Positions 1-11,800 of a stretch of DNA of 64,000 nt are shown here, one piece after another. The notes under the pieces are model-generated. The model worked only from the letters and a program-made list of their open reading frames with translations. It had not been told where the DNA came from and searched no databases. Both the position numbers and the translations under genes were made by a program. This stretch comes from Octopus sinensis (taxonomy: Eukaryota): NCBI RefSeq assembly GCF_006345805.1, contig NC_043009.1:17484001-17548000 (forward strand), written 5' to 3'. Numbering within the stretch: position 1 is the first letter of the stretch; every line of letters starts with the position of its first letter.

Positions 1-92
1 GCTCCAACTGCGACAATATCGGTGACAGCAGCAGCAGCAGCAACAGCAATAACAGCAATAGATGCAGCACTGGCAACACATACCAGTGAAGA

Positions 93-382
93 TACATTAG
101 ATGGGCTGAGAATTCTCTTGACCAATGAGTTTCCAACCATAGACCCTCCTTCAGAGTCCCAGAAAGGAGATCCATAACATCCCTGGCCAGCCACGTCTGG
201 CAACTAGGAGAAATGGCATCCCATACTCGATCTCATGGAAAATCTTTGAGATCCCAAGCCCCTACATCAACGGGATAGAGCATTGCAAGTTATGCACAGC
301 AGAACACACGAGAATCCTAAAAGACTTGCTCGAACCAAGGAGCATCCTTAACTACAGAATGGAGATTTTCAGGCCATGTTAG
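93..382 (+). pseudogene. Penelope-like retroelement GIY-YIG endonuclease C-terminal remnant (one stop, one frameshift)
   Basis: Manual translation gives YIRWAENSLDQ*VSNHRPSFRVPERRSITSLASHVWQL, then after a frameshift NGIPYSISWKIFEIPSPYINGIEHCKLCTAEHTRILKDLLEPRSILNYRMEIFRPC*. This matches the PLE EN tail pattern YIG..E..F..R..NH..SF..T.L..H.W.L..Y.I.W.I..C.LC..E..LN.R.E..C. A hammerhead motif follows ~165 nt downstream, as expected for a pLTR. Confidence 0.8.
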
Positions 383-546
383 CAGGAATTTTAGGAAATT
401 GCTGCTAACCTTTTGGAGCCCACAAAATGGCAGCACAGCTGGAAGTTGATAGCCAATGGAAAAGGTATATAATCTGTTATTGTTTACCTTGGTAGTGAGG
501 CTTTGCCCGTTGCATATTTTGAAGAGGTCTTAGGCCAGCAGGTTTT

Positions 547-607
547 GGGGTCTGATGATACACCATAAAGCTAATCCCTTTATGGACAGGAAACCCAAGG
601 TAATCCC
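547..607 (+). ncRNA. Type I hammerhead ribozyme motif in Penelope pLTR
   Basis: Helix I GGGGU(547-551)/AUCCC(603-607); core CUGAUGA 552-558; helix II CCAUAAAG(563-570)/CUUUAUGG(578-585); GAAA 590-593; helix III ACC-CAA-GGU; GUA cleavage triplet 600-602. The basal 4 nt of helix II pair poorly. Confidence 0.8.
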
Positions 608-715
608 ATTAATTGGTTTTCCACACTTTTGATATATTCTGCTCTACATCTTAGTGGGATTCTTCTCTGGATTTATGTTTTCTACAAATTACACACACAC
701 ACACATGCGCACATA

Positions 716-1255
716 TATTTGGTTGAATCATAAATAACTTCCAATTTTGTTAAACACCTTTACCCATGAAAAAATTTTACAAAGAATTATTTTCAATTAT
801 CAGTACAGTTGCCATTATTTCGAGTGACCTTTTGCCATTTATCAGGTAACTTTTTAATTCCTCTTTAGTAAAATGCAGCTGGCATCAACAGGAAGAAGCT
901 TTCCACCTGATCTTCTTGAGAAAATTTTTTCACCATCAGAACATTGTGTAGAGAGTGCAAAAGATGGAAACCAGTCGGTACAAGGTCTGATGAATATGGT
1001 GGATGGGGCAGAACAGCCCAAATCCGATATTTTATCCTGTGTGGTTCTTGTTGAATGTGGTCTTGTGTTATCATGGAGAAGCACAATGTTTCTCCTGTTG
1101 ATGAGTGCAGGATTTTTTCTCAAAAGATTTTCATGCATGTGCTGAGGGTATAAGTTGGCATTTAGTGTTTGACCATGGTCTAAAAACTCAAAATGCATAA
1201 TACTGCAGTGATCCCACCGTACACACAACATAACCTTCCTTCCATGAAGCTCAGC
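716..1255 (-). mobile_element. Mariner (Tc1/mariner) transposon 3' remnant
   Basis: ORFs 854-1231 and 865-1086 give HFEFLDHGQTLNANLY..LLHDNTRPHS and LPHPPYSSDLVPTGFHLLHSL, which are mariner catalytic motifs with a frameshift and the third D lost. Confidence 0.85.
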
Positions 1256-1259
1256 CTAT

Positions 1260-2245
1260 AAGGTAGGTTGTGGTTGATGAGGATCCAGCATCAGCAGCTA
1301 AATGCAAAAAGCATGCACAGACTCCTAATATCATAACACATAACTGGACAAAAAGTCTAAGAAATTTATCAGTAAAAACCCTGGAAAGTCAGTCAGGCAA
1401 AGGACCTCAAGGCTTCAGAATGTGCCATCAGAAGAGTTGCGCATGAGGACAACCAGTGCAGGTCATATGTGATGAAGAGGGGTCAGTTTATGTTGGATGT
1501 GGCAAGAGAGAATCATGCAATGCACTTGTAAACAAGTGAAAACTCTAAAAGGCTGAAATGCTTTGGTCTTTCTCTGATGAGAAAAATCTTGGTCAGGACC
1601 AAAAGGTAAACTGAAGGAACAACAGATAGTTATGGAGAGACCCAAATGAGGTTCCATCAGTCATATATGCTAAGCTGCCAGCAACTGTGATGGTTCTTCC
1701 TTCTCACTTTTTTACGCAGAGCTTAATATTCAATGCCACCGTCTACACAGTTGGAGAACGTCATGAGACCCTTGATAGACAGATATGCAATGGAAGACTG
1801 TATGTCATCTAATGAGACTCTGCACTATCACATATGGCTAGGACAACCCGAGTGTGGATGTGTGTCAATCTCCATGATCATGTTCTCCCTGACACATGGC
1901 CTCCTAGCTCACCTGACATTAAATCAAGGTGACGTAAATACAAACACACACACATACATATATATGCATGGATATAAAGATATATATATATATATGCACT
2001 ATGTAAAGATATGAATATTTTACTGGGATGGACGTATTATGTGAATGGATGAGGACAGCTACATAATTGAGTGCAAGATAGAGTTTGCAGAAGAGGGAAA
2101 CCCAGGAAAATATGGGATTAAGTGACGAAGGCTGATCTCTGGACATTGAACCTCACAGAGAAGGTGACAAATGACCAGGATTAATGGCGATATGCTGTTC
2201 TCAAAATGATCTGCCAACCACAGCAAAACTGAGTTCTGGAAGCTC
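1260..2245 (+). mobile_element. Degraded RTE-like LINE fragments
   Basis: 2020-2245 shares its 3' end with the RTE fragment at 51305-51580 (ggatgaggacagct...ctcaca.ag.ag.tgaca). The upstream part resembles the RTE EN-RT linker but is heavily decayed, and the boundaries are approximate. Confidence 0.5.
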
Positions 2246-3374
2246 TCTCTCTCTCTCTGTCTTTGTGGTTATTGCCAAGAGTCAAAGCTTTATCTAAAAT
2301 CATCAGTTACTCTCTTATGTTTTGAGCCCCTAAAAGCTAGTGTTTAACTCCATTTACATGATGTAAAGCAAATGAGAAATAAAATCTCCTGGATAAAACA
2401 CAAGTTTCTTGAAGCTAACATTTTATCTAAAACCTGGACCTACACTTTATCTAAAATCTGAAATACTGTAGGAATTTCAAAAAAGTTCCAGTAAATTTAA
2501 ACTCGTCACTCACATTACTTTTGTTTGTTTGCCAGAATAAAAGTAGTAATAGAATTTATCTTAAGTTCAAATTCTTCCACAGTTGACTTTCACATTTATG
2601 AGGGCTGATAGAGGATTAATAGTACACGTTGCATTTTGCATTCTAACCAGAGATTTCATCTTACGTACAGGGGCCAATTTAGTTGATTATAATGACATAT
2701 TTCTATAACGATTAGTCTAATCAGAACAAATCAATACTTCAGAAAGAATAAAAGAAGTAGAGCAATTTGTTTTGTCTTATAGTACAACACAATAGTTGTA
2801 GCAGTCTTTGCATTTATAATCCCAAGGCCCCACAATTAGATAAGTCAGACTATGATAATATATTTTGGACAAAGAAAGGACCAAATGCAAGCTTCAGTTA
2901 GTTCAAGAAATTATCAATAATTTAAAGATTTGTAAAAGAGAAAATGTCAAGTTAATTTAGTTTGGATGAAAGTAAAGACAGTGTGATACTTAAAAATTCT
3001 AATCCAACTCAATACCAAATCCATTGTTACTGACCAAAGTATAAAAATAATTATCCTTACATCAAATATTGTCATAAGTGAGGATCGTTTTGATATTGTC
3101 AAATGAATGACAGAAGCAAAGAGTAGAATATCCATCATATCTATTTCCATCTTAAACAGAATGAAGAAAGTAACGAGAGTTCAAACTAAATCTGCCATGC
3201 TTTCTTTGTTAGTCAAGACGACACGGTTCTCTCTGCCTCTGAACTCGATCTACCCACCTAGCTCTCTGGCAAAAATTAAAACGTCACAATAACAGTTATT
3301 CTTTATATTGTAACAAGAAAGATTTTTATCTTCACTGTATTTTTTCAAGTTTCTATATCAATGTTCATTTGGTC

Positions 3375-3685
3375 ATGGCTTAGTGGTTAGGGGCATTCAG
3401 TTCATGATTGTAAGGTCGTGAGTTCCATTCTCAGTGGCATGTTGTGTCCACTTTATTTCACATTGTTCCAGTCACTCAGCTGAGAAAAATGAATTGTACC
3501 TGTAATTGAAAGGGGCCAGCCTTGTCACATTCTGCTGTGTCCTGGTGAATCTCCTTCAGAACTACATTAAGGGTCGTGGCTGTTTGTTAAGTGCTCAGCC
3601 ACTTACACATCAATTTCACGAGCAGGCTCTTCCATTGACCAGATCAACTGAAATACTCATCATCATAACCAATGAAGTGCCATTT
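3375..3685 (+). mobile_element. tRNA-derived SINE
   Basis: Pol III A box TGGCTTAGTGG at 3376-3386 and B-box-like GAGTTCCATTC at ~3420-3430, followed by a SINE-type body. Confidence 0.7.
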
Positions 3686-4856
3686 TATTGTTATTAATTC
3701 TTCTTAGGTATGAAGGAATATATTCCCAGTGATATATTCCAGTAACTTCTTTGGTACTTTTTTGCTTGCTACTAAAGTTTGTCTCCTCTTATAAATTTCA
3801 GTTCAATATTATCTCCATATAAAGACCTGTTTGAATACTCCACCTCACCCCCCACACACACATATAGGAACCCTCGATTGTCTAGGCATATATATAACAC
3901 CTTCATAAAAATACTGATGTAACTGTAATTTCCATTCCAAATTGTAAGGTTCTATCTTTCTTCTACTAATAATATATAGCATTTTTTAATATTCTGTTGC
4001 ATCAGGAATGCAGTGCAGCACCAGTGGCAGGCAACGCACGACGTTCATCTTAAACAAACTGCACCTCTTGCAGGAGAACGATTGTCATTCAGAAAGACAA
4101 GGCAAAGCTTGTAGCAATTCAATGAATTCATACTTTTATTGAAAATCAACTCTTAAGAATTTTGAAAACAAATTAAAACATGATTATTTTTAGAGAAGTT
4201 CAAAAAGAATTGAAATTTTTATTCAGTCATACACAAGTGCACAGTGAGTTTGTAGGAAAGGGATCAACCCTTAAATTTGTAAACATAAATATCGTTGGTT
4301 CAATAATAAAAAAAAATAATAAGTAGCTTATTATAACTATTTTCAAATGGTTCCAATTCTGACTTAATTACAAATATGTCATTGGTTGATTTCAAACTCA
4401 AATTAATTAATGCTTAGTGGAGATCAACTCTTGCAGGTTAATTTAGTCAATTAGTTTGTAAGAGTAATCTTTTTTTAAGGTTTGTTTCATTTCTTTTTTT
4501 TTTTAATATATATATAATGAAAATATATAATTGTATGCAAAAACTGAAACAGAAAAATTAAAGTATTTATGTATATATAAAAAAAAAATTCCTAAGTGTT
4601 TGGAACGGATCATCTACTGAATTTGTACACAAAAAGTTTAGTAGATTTTGTCTTTTGTTTTGTCTCTTGTTCATTCTGTAGACAAGATGTGAACAAGAAC
4701 TGAATGATCTGCTATGAACACAGATCTGTAATATACAAAGCAAGTGGATAATAAAAAAAAAAACAAACAAAAAATCAAACAGTTTTAAAAAAAACATCCA
4801 CACTCATTCAAGTATAAAGAATAAGTGGGCTGTGAAGAATTATGAATGGGTCAGCA

Positions 4857-5017
4857 TTCACAACCGTACGTTCACAAGAGCAATGACCCAGAGTTCACAA
4901 CCATACGTTCACAAGAGCAAATGGCTCAGTGTTCACAACCATACATTCACAAGAGCACTGATCTGACGTTCACAACCATACGTTCACAAGAGTACTGATC
5001 TGACGGTCACAACCATA
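4857..5017. repeat. 37-38 bp minisatellite, 4.3 copies
   Basis: The unit ttcacaaccatacgttcacaagagcactgatctgacg and variants repeat head-to-tail. Confidence 0.95.
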
Positions 5018-5089
5018 GAAGTTTACATATTACAGACTATTTCAGTCAGTCTGATCAGATGGAGTGGGGATAAAAAAGGAAAAAAAAAA

Positions 5090-5121
<32 letters not shown>

Positions 5122-5907
5122 TTACACATACAGATAAACAATCAACATGTGTCGTGTCAAATACAGTAAATGTATTAATATTTATGAGCCTCATTTAGTT
5201 AACACCAGTCTTCTTTTTCCAGCAGCTTTATTTTAATTATTTTGTAAGAAATAGGATCCTAGCAAAAGAAGGAAGATCAACCACACAGTTTACTGGAATT
5301 GGTGTGTTTCAATTTAATCAGAGACAATATTCTAAGAATTCTTTTCTTATTTTTACACTAATTTTTCAGAGTGTCAGTGAATTTTTTTTAATACCAAACT
5401 GTATGGGAATTTGAAGTGCAAAAATAATGTAGGGAAAGAAATATAAACCTGTAGTGGCTTTGAAGAAAATAAACTAATTTCATCATTTTTGGTTTTTTTC
5501 AGAAAATAAAAGAAAAAACTTTAATCCTGCCATATTTTTTAGAAGAAATATGAGAGTAAATCTAGAATTTCAAATTCCCTTACAACAGGTAATAGAACAT
5601 TTAATTCAACTAAAGTAGATCAAATTATTTTAATTTTACCTTCCTTCTTTTTGACTAAATTTATTTCTTCATAACTTCAGATTTTATTTTTGGCGGGGGG
5701 TGCACATGTATGTGTGTGTGTGTGTGTGTGCATGAGTGCCAGTGGAATTTGAAGTGGTGCCATAAGACTGCAACTTTGACTTAAACCAGTGCAAGAGTTG
5801 GTTGTCTGTTGCAAAATCTCTTGAAAGACTAATATCAACAGCAGAAATCAGAAGAAAACATTGATTTGATTTGATTGAAGTGAAATAGTTAAAAATGCAC
5901 ATTGTTC

Positions 5908-5941
<34 letters not shown>

Positions 5942-6842
5942 TGCACATTGTAAAATTCTATTGTGTATAGAATGGTAAGAAGTCTATGTTATGAAAATCT
6001 GTGTGTGGTGGAGGAGATTAACACTGCATGTTGTTTTCTTTTGATTCTGTTACTGTTTTGTGCAAATCATGAGGAATATTTAATTCTATAGAGAAGGTCC
6101 TCAGTTCGAAGTGGCATCTGGCTGTAAGAACCAAATATCGGCAAAGGGGGATCTGTTACCAAGATGGGCAACTAATACAATTTAACCATTTCACTGAAGA
6201 CCTTCCATCATTATCAGTGGTGGGAGGAAGGGAGTGTTGAGTGTGGTGGTCATATTATGTTTAGATGTATAGAGAGTATGGGATGAGTGTATATATAAAT
6301 GTATGAGTGTGTGTGTGTATTTACAGGGTGTGTTTTTGGATGTTTACTCAACACATCTGTTTACTAACACACAAATATCACAACCAGACTTAAAACCTCA
6401 GATTGGTAAGAAGTAGGAGTATGTGAATGAGAGAATGTTGGAGAGGTCAGAAGGAGGTTCCAGCTCACTTTAGTCTGTAAGACAAAAGTTAGAAAAGAAA
6501 ATAATAAAATAGGTAACAGTAACACATGCTGTGTCATTATTATGCTGTAATAGGAATTATAATAGTAAATAATGATTTCTTTACTTGCTTGAAATATTGT
6601 ATAACAACAATAATTGATTTTGACTAAACACCACAAAGTATTTAGTCAACAATAATTGATTCTGAGTAAAGACAGGAAAATTTTTGAGAAGATAAGGTAG
6701 AGTTGACTGATTTAATGTTAGATCTTTACTAGAATTTATTTTATCAAGTAGACAGGATGAAAGTAAGATATCAGTACAGCATGAGCAATTCTAGTTCAAC
6801 ACTCAATTTTTTTTCTTCTAGTCCATCTGCTTTTCCCAATAA

Positions 6843-7483
6843 TAATTGTTTCTAAAAGAGGTGCAAATCTAGAAATTTAGAAGGAGAACAGTTAGTTATA
6901 TTGATCCTAGTATATTTAACTGGTGATTTATTTTATCAAAGATAAAAATGCAGAGTTGGATTTAAACTCAGACTGTAAAGATTGACAACTAAACATCACA
7001 TCACAATACATTTTGTTTGATGTTTTAACAATTCTGCCAATCTCAGACTCACATAGGCACAAGGCCTGAAATTTGGTGAGGTGGTTAGTTGATGATATCA
7101 ACACCAGTTCTAAACTGGTACTTTATTTAACTGACCTTGAAACAATGAAAGGCAAAGTTAACCTCAGTGAAGAATTAACTCCAAACATAAAGAGCCAGAA
7201 AACATGCTGCAGGACATTTAACTAGTGCCCTAATGGTTCTGCAAATCCACCAACATCATGTAATAATAATAATCCTTTCTACTATAGGTACAAGGCCTGA
7301 ATTTGGTGGAATGGCGTTAGTTGATCACATTGGCCCCAGTGCATAATTGGCATTATTTCATTAATCCCCAAAAGGATGAAAGGCAAATAGACGTTGGTGG
7401 AATTTGAACTCAGAACATAAAGATGGATGAAATGTTGCTAAGTATTTTGTCTGACTTGCTAATGATTCTGCTAACTCACCATC

Positions 7484-7487
<4 letters not shown>
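6843..7487 (-). mobile_element. Three head-to-tail tRNA-derived SINEs (octopus family with aggcggcgagctggcagaa head)
   Basis: Copies at ~6843-7042, 7053-7255 and 7270-7487 share ataggcacaaggcctgaa...ggatgaaaggcaaa...aatttgaactcagaac...ttctgc. The minus strand carries a B box (gagttcaaattcc). Confidence 0.8.
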
Positions 7488-7517
<30 letters not shown>

Positions 7518-8840
7518 TAATAATAATAATAATGGTAATGATAACAATAATAATGATAATGATGATAAATTTCTCAGAATGACATGAGATCACACATTTT
7601 TGTGAAAGGAAGGTGATGAAATCAACTAACGTATTACTGGTACTTTGATCTAAAAGTGATGAAAGTTAAAGTCAACCTTAGCCTGATGTAACAGTACTAA
7701 AGTGAGGGAATGGTGACAAAAAGGAAGAAGATAGAAGAGTTGAAGAGAGAATGTAATGAATATTTTTCTTTTCCTTTTTTTTTTTTTTGCTAATTTTGTT
7801 TTTGTTTCTCCCTTCTAGTTGACGGAAGAGTATTTCAGCAGGTGATTTGAGGCTGAATTTGTAATTTGTACAGTGAACTTTTCCTCTTTAGGATTAAGGC
7901 AAAAAAAAAAAAAAAAAAGAAATGTGGTGGTGGGTGCATTTGTAGGTGTGTATACTTGTATAAGTGTATGTAAATGATGTGTGTGTGTGTTTATGTTAGT
8001 ATGTGTGAGGCATATAAACACTGAAATTTCTATATCTGTTTCTTCATTTAGATAAGACTTGACATATACCAGACAGTATTTAAACTGCTGAACAACACAA
8101 CAGCCACGCAGCCAGTCATTGTGAGTTAAAAAGAATGATAAAAATGTCGGTATTCAGAAAAAACAATTTTACAATTTTTAAAAAGGAGTAGAAAAATGAT
8201 AGAAATAAGGAGTTAGGTTATTTTTGGATTATAAAAAAAGAGTATTTGATTGATAATCCATGTTATCTTTGAAATACTTATGATTTCGTTATTGTTATTG
8301 TCATATTTTTTCGCTTCTTTTCTTTTGTATTTTTCTTGTAATCTTACTTTCACTTTTTTTGTTATTTTTTTTTTCATAATATATTTCCAAAAAGTTTTAG
8401 TATTATTTTTTTAAGTTTTGAAAAAAAGAATTTTTTTTAAAATTTTATACATACATATTTATTTTTTTTTTAATTTAATGTTCTTTAATTTGAGATATTT
8501 TATGAAATATGGATATTGTGATATCCAGAAATATTAGATTAAAACCGTGTGAGGATAGTTAATAAAAACTAATTAGAATAAAAGTACCTCGTATGTCTGA
8601 AAGCAAGAGAGAGAAAAAAAATTTAGAAACATTTTTATTTTATAATATTTTTAAGGAAATTGCACAAGTGATACTTTTGGGGAGACGGGGGTTAGTTGTA
8701 TATTTTTTAATAGTTATAATTTTGAAGGGATCTGGTGGGGCAGGAGAGTTAGTTATAAGGTAGCTAGGTTGGGGTAGGCAGATGGAAGAGTTCTGTGTAA
8801 ACTGGTGGGAAACGGCTTGGATAGGAAATATGAAGTGTAT

Positions 8841-8888
<48 letters not shown>

Positions 8889-11800
8889 ATGTGTGTGTAT
8901 GAGTGTGAAAAGAGAAAAATAGAGGAATAGGATTATTGAGGAAGTGATGATGTTTGTGTGAGTGTGTGTATGTTTAAGTAGGGGATACAAGGATGTAGGG
9001 AGTTGGTGGAAGAAATAATGAATATTAAGAGGATATAAAAAAAGTCTTTAGTAAAAAGATGACATTCACAAACAACGTTAATATCTGCACGGGTTAGAAA
9101 GAGAATAAAGCAAATTGGACTTGGTTAGTTGCTATATCAAGGTTACTATTATTATTATTATTATTATTATTATAGTTGTTACTGATGTTTATTTTGCTAA
9201 GGAAAAAAAAAAGGAAACTCATCTGTATATTTGTTGCTGTCTTTTTACTTAATCTTTTTAAAACTCTAGACAAAAAACAAAAATTCTGACCAAAGTTGAT
9301 CTTGTAAAACTATTCTATTTGTGTGCATGTGTGTGTGTGTATATGAGAAAAAGAGAGTGTATGTGTGTGTGTGTATGTGTATGTGAGAGAGAGAGAGAGA
9401 GAAAGAGAGAGATGGGGTTGAATCAAGTGAAAGACTGGAAAGAAAATAAATCTAAAAGAAGGAAGAAAATGAAGAAGATTTATGATTAGTCATAATATTT
9501 TTTGTTGTTACCCCTCTACTTTCTCTAAATAGCAATAGTTAATATGTTTTTGTAGTAGCATTGAAGATAACTGATATGATGATCAAAGATGGGTATTTTA
9601 TGAAGAGATGAAATAAAAGGTGGAATAAATTGTTAAAGGAGGTTTTACATTCATCACCATTAATATGGCATGTTATTTCAATTGTCATCTTGTCAACATT
9701 TTAACAATAATGATGATGAGGATGATGATGATGATGACGACGATAATGATAGTAATGATGATGATAATGATTGGTAGGATAATAAAAAAGGAATAAGGCT
9801 ATCTTAATTAGGTGTAAAACCAAAGGCAAGCAGAATCAAGTGTCTCCTCTAGGAACAAGTAACACAATGCCTTCAGTAAAATATAAACTCACTCTCAGGA
9901 GCCAGGAATCTGAAATTCTTAATTCGTTTAATAATAATAATGGTTTCTAATGTATATGTGAGTGATATGGCACAATGTAACAGCATTTATGACTGTACTA
10001 AGGAAATGAAATCATTCAAACAAAATATTTAAACCAAGCTTTTTTTGTTGTTGTTATTATTATTATTATTGTCACCTATCATTTATCAATGCTTTTATTG
10101 ACCTGCCACAGGAAGAGTAATATTTATTACATAGGTAAGAAGCCCTATGTATGTAGAAAAGTAATAAGTTACAGCACTTCAGTTGCCTTTTCTAATTCAC
10201 CAGCAATGTATAAGAAGTAGTTCAAGCTGAGGAAGTGAAACATCAGCAGAGGAATTAACTTGCAGAGAATATATCACTACATAGTTATCCATCATATTAA
10301 TAATGATAGCTATCCTAACCTCAAGGTTCCAGTTTAAAGAGTTACAGTCAATTTAAAATGACACCAGTGTTTTAGTGATATCAGTTTTATTGATCCAGCC
10401 AGAATGGAACTCACCGTTAGCTTTGGTGGTATCGGTATTCAAAACCGTAATGCATTACTATAAAAATGTAGTATATCTCTCTCAACTATTCCAGTCATTT
10501 CCTCTACTCTAAGTATGATTATAATATAAACAACTGTAATATTGTTTATTATATTTTTAATGTAAGATGAAACTTACATATATCAAAGATGGAACCCAAT
10601 CTCAGTATTTATAGAACTCTTCTCAAAGAAGTTAGAAAATGTACAATACATTTTCATTTTACTTATTTAGTGGAAAAATATAAAATATTGTTTGAAATTT
10701 AAAAAAATAATAAATGATTAAGTAAACAGAAAAAAGCTTATTTATAAACAGTTACAAATGTGAGATTGATTTAGACTGGAGTAAAGATATTAGAAGGAGT
10801 CACTTGATATCAAAGAATACTTATGTTACAAAACTCCATTGACTTACCTCACCTCTGCAAAATACAAAGGTATCTTCAATGAAGCAAGTTTTGTAATTTA
10901 TATGTATGTGTGTTTTTATTAATTTTATGGGCTCAAATCTGAGGTGGTCTCATAAATGTATAGAAATTCTCAGGGTTTTGCTACACCAAAGTAGAAGAGT
11001 AGCATAAGTGATAGAAATTCAGAGTGCATGCTTTAGGAATAACTTACAGATAATTTTCTTAAAATCTTATTAAAATATTTAAAGGGGTTTTAATTTTGTT
11101 TCCTTCAAATTTTCAATATTTTTTCTTTCTTTTCATTTCCCCAACTTTCACAAGATTACAATGGAAAAAAGTAGGCAAGAATTTTACATTTTTTTTTGTG
11201 ATTTTGTTTTGAATGATTAATTTCAATGAAAGAGTTGGGCTGATAAACATAGGCTTGACATATAGTGTATATAAAGGTACAAGCTATAGAAAACAAAGTA
11301 ACAAGGTGCAAAGTAGCAGGTGATATTTTAACTGACTTTTTTTTAAAAATTTCATTTATAAAAAATGTTTCAACACTTTTTTTTATATTTTTCTATAACA
11401 TTGTTGTCATTATTGCTCTTCAACCAAAATGGCCAATTCCTGGGAACTCCAAGCAAAACAGACAGCAATGAATGTATAGTGACTTCTACAGCAATCAAAT
11501 ATGTTCAGAAGAATCCATGAAAAAATGGTAGAGATTACTTGTTTCTTTGAAATAATAATTATAAAAAAAAAGTCCAGAAAAAATTTGATTGCTGTTGAAA
11601 TTATTATCTGGTAGAGAAGGAATTAAAGAAAGATATGTTTTAAAAACCTTACTTAACTACCTCCTGAGACTTTATTGTGATGGACAGCTTAAACACATGG
11701 TTTGAGTAAGCATACTCAATAGGTTGCTTTTATAGCACACCAGCTCAACCTTGCTAACTGATACCAGAAGTTCAATATAGTCTTGCCTACTTTCAACCTT

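Noticed and set aside
3375-3450. tRNA-like sequences here and in other SINE heads
   Set aside because: They carry A/B boxes but no complete cloverleaf and run into SINE bodies. Not tRNA genes.
4857-5017. CRISPR-like periodicity (37-bp period)
   Set aside because: Eukaryotic context, no unique spacers (whole units are similar) and no cas genes.
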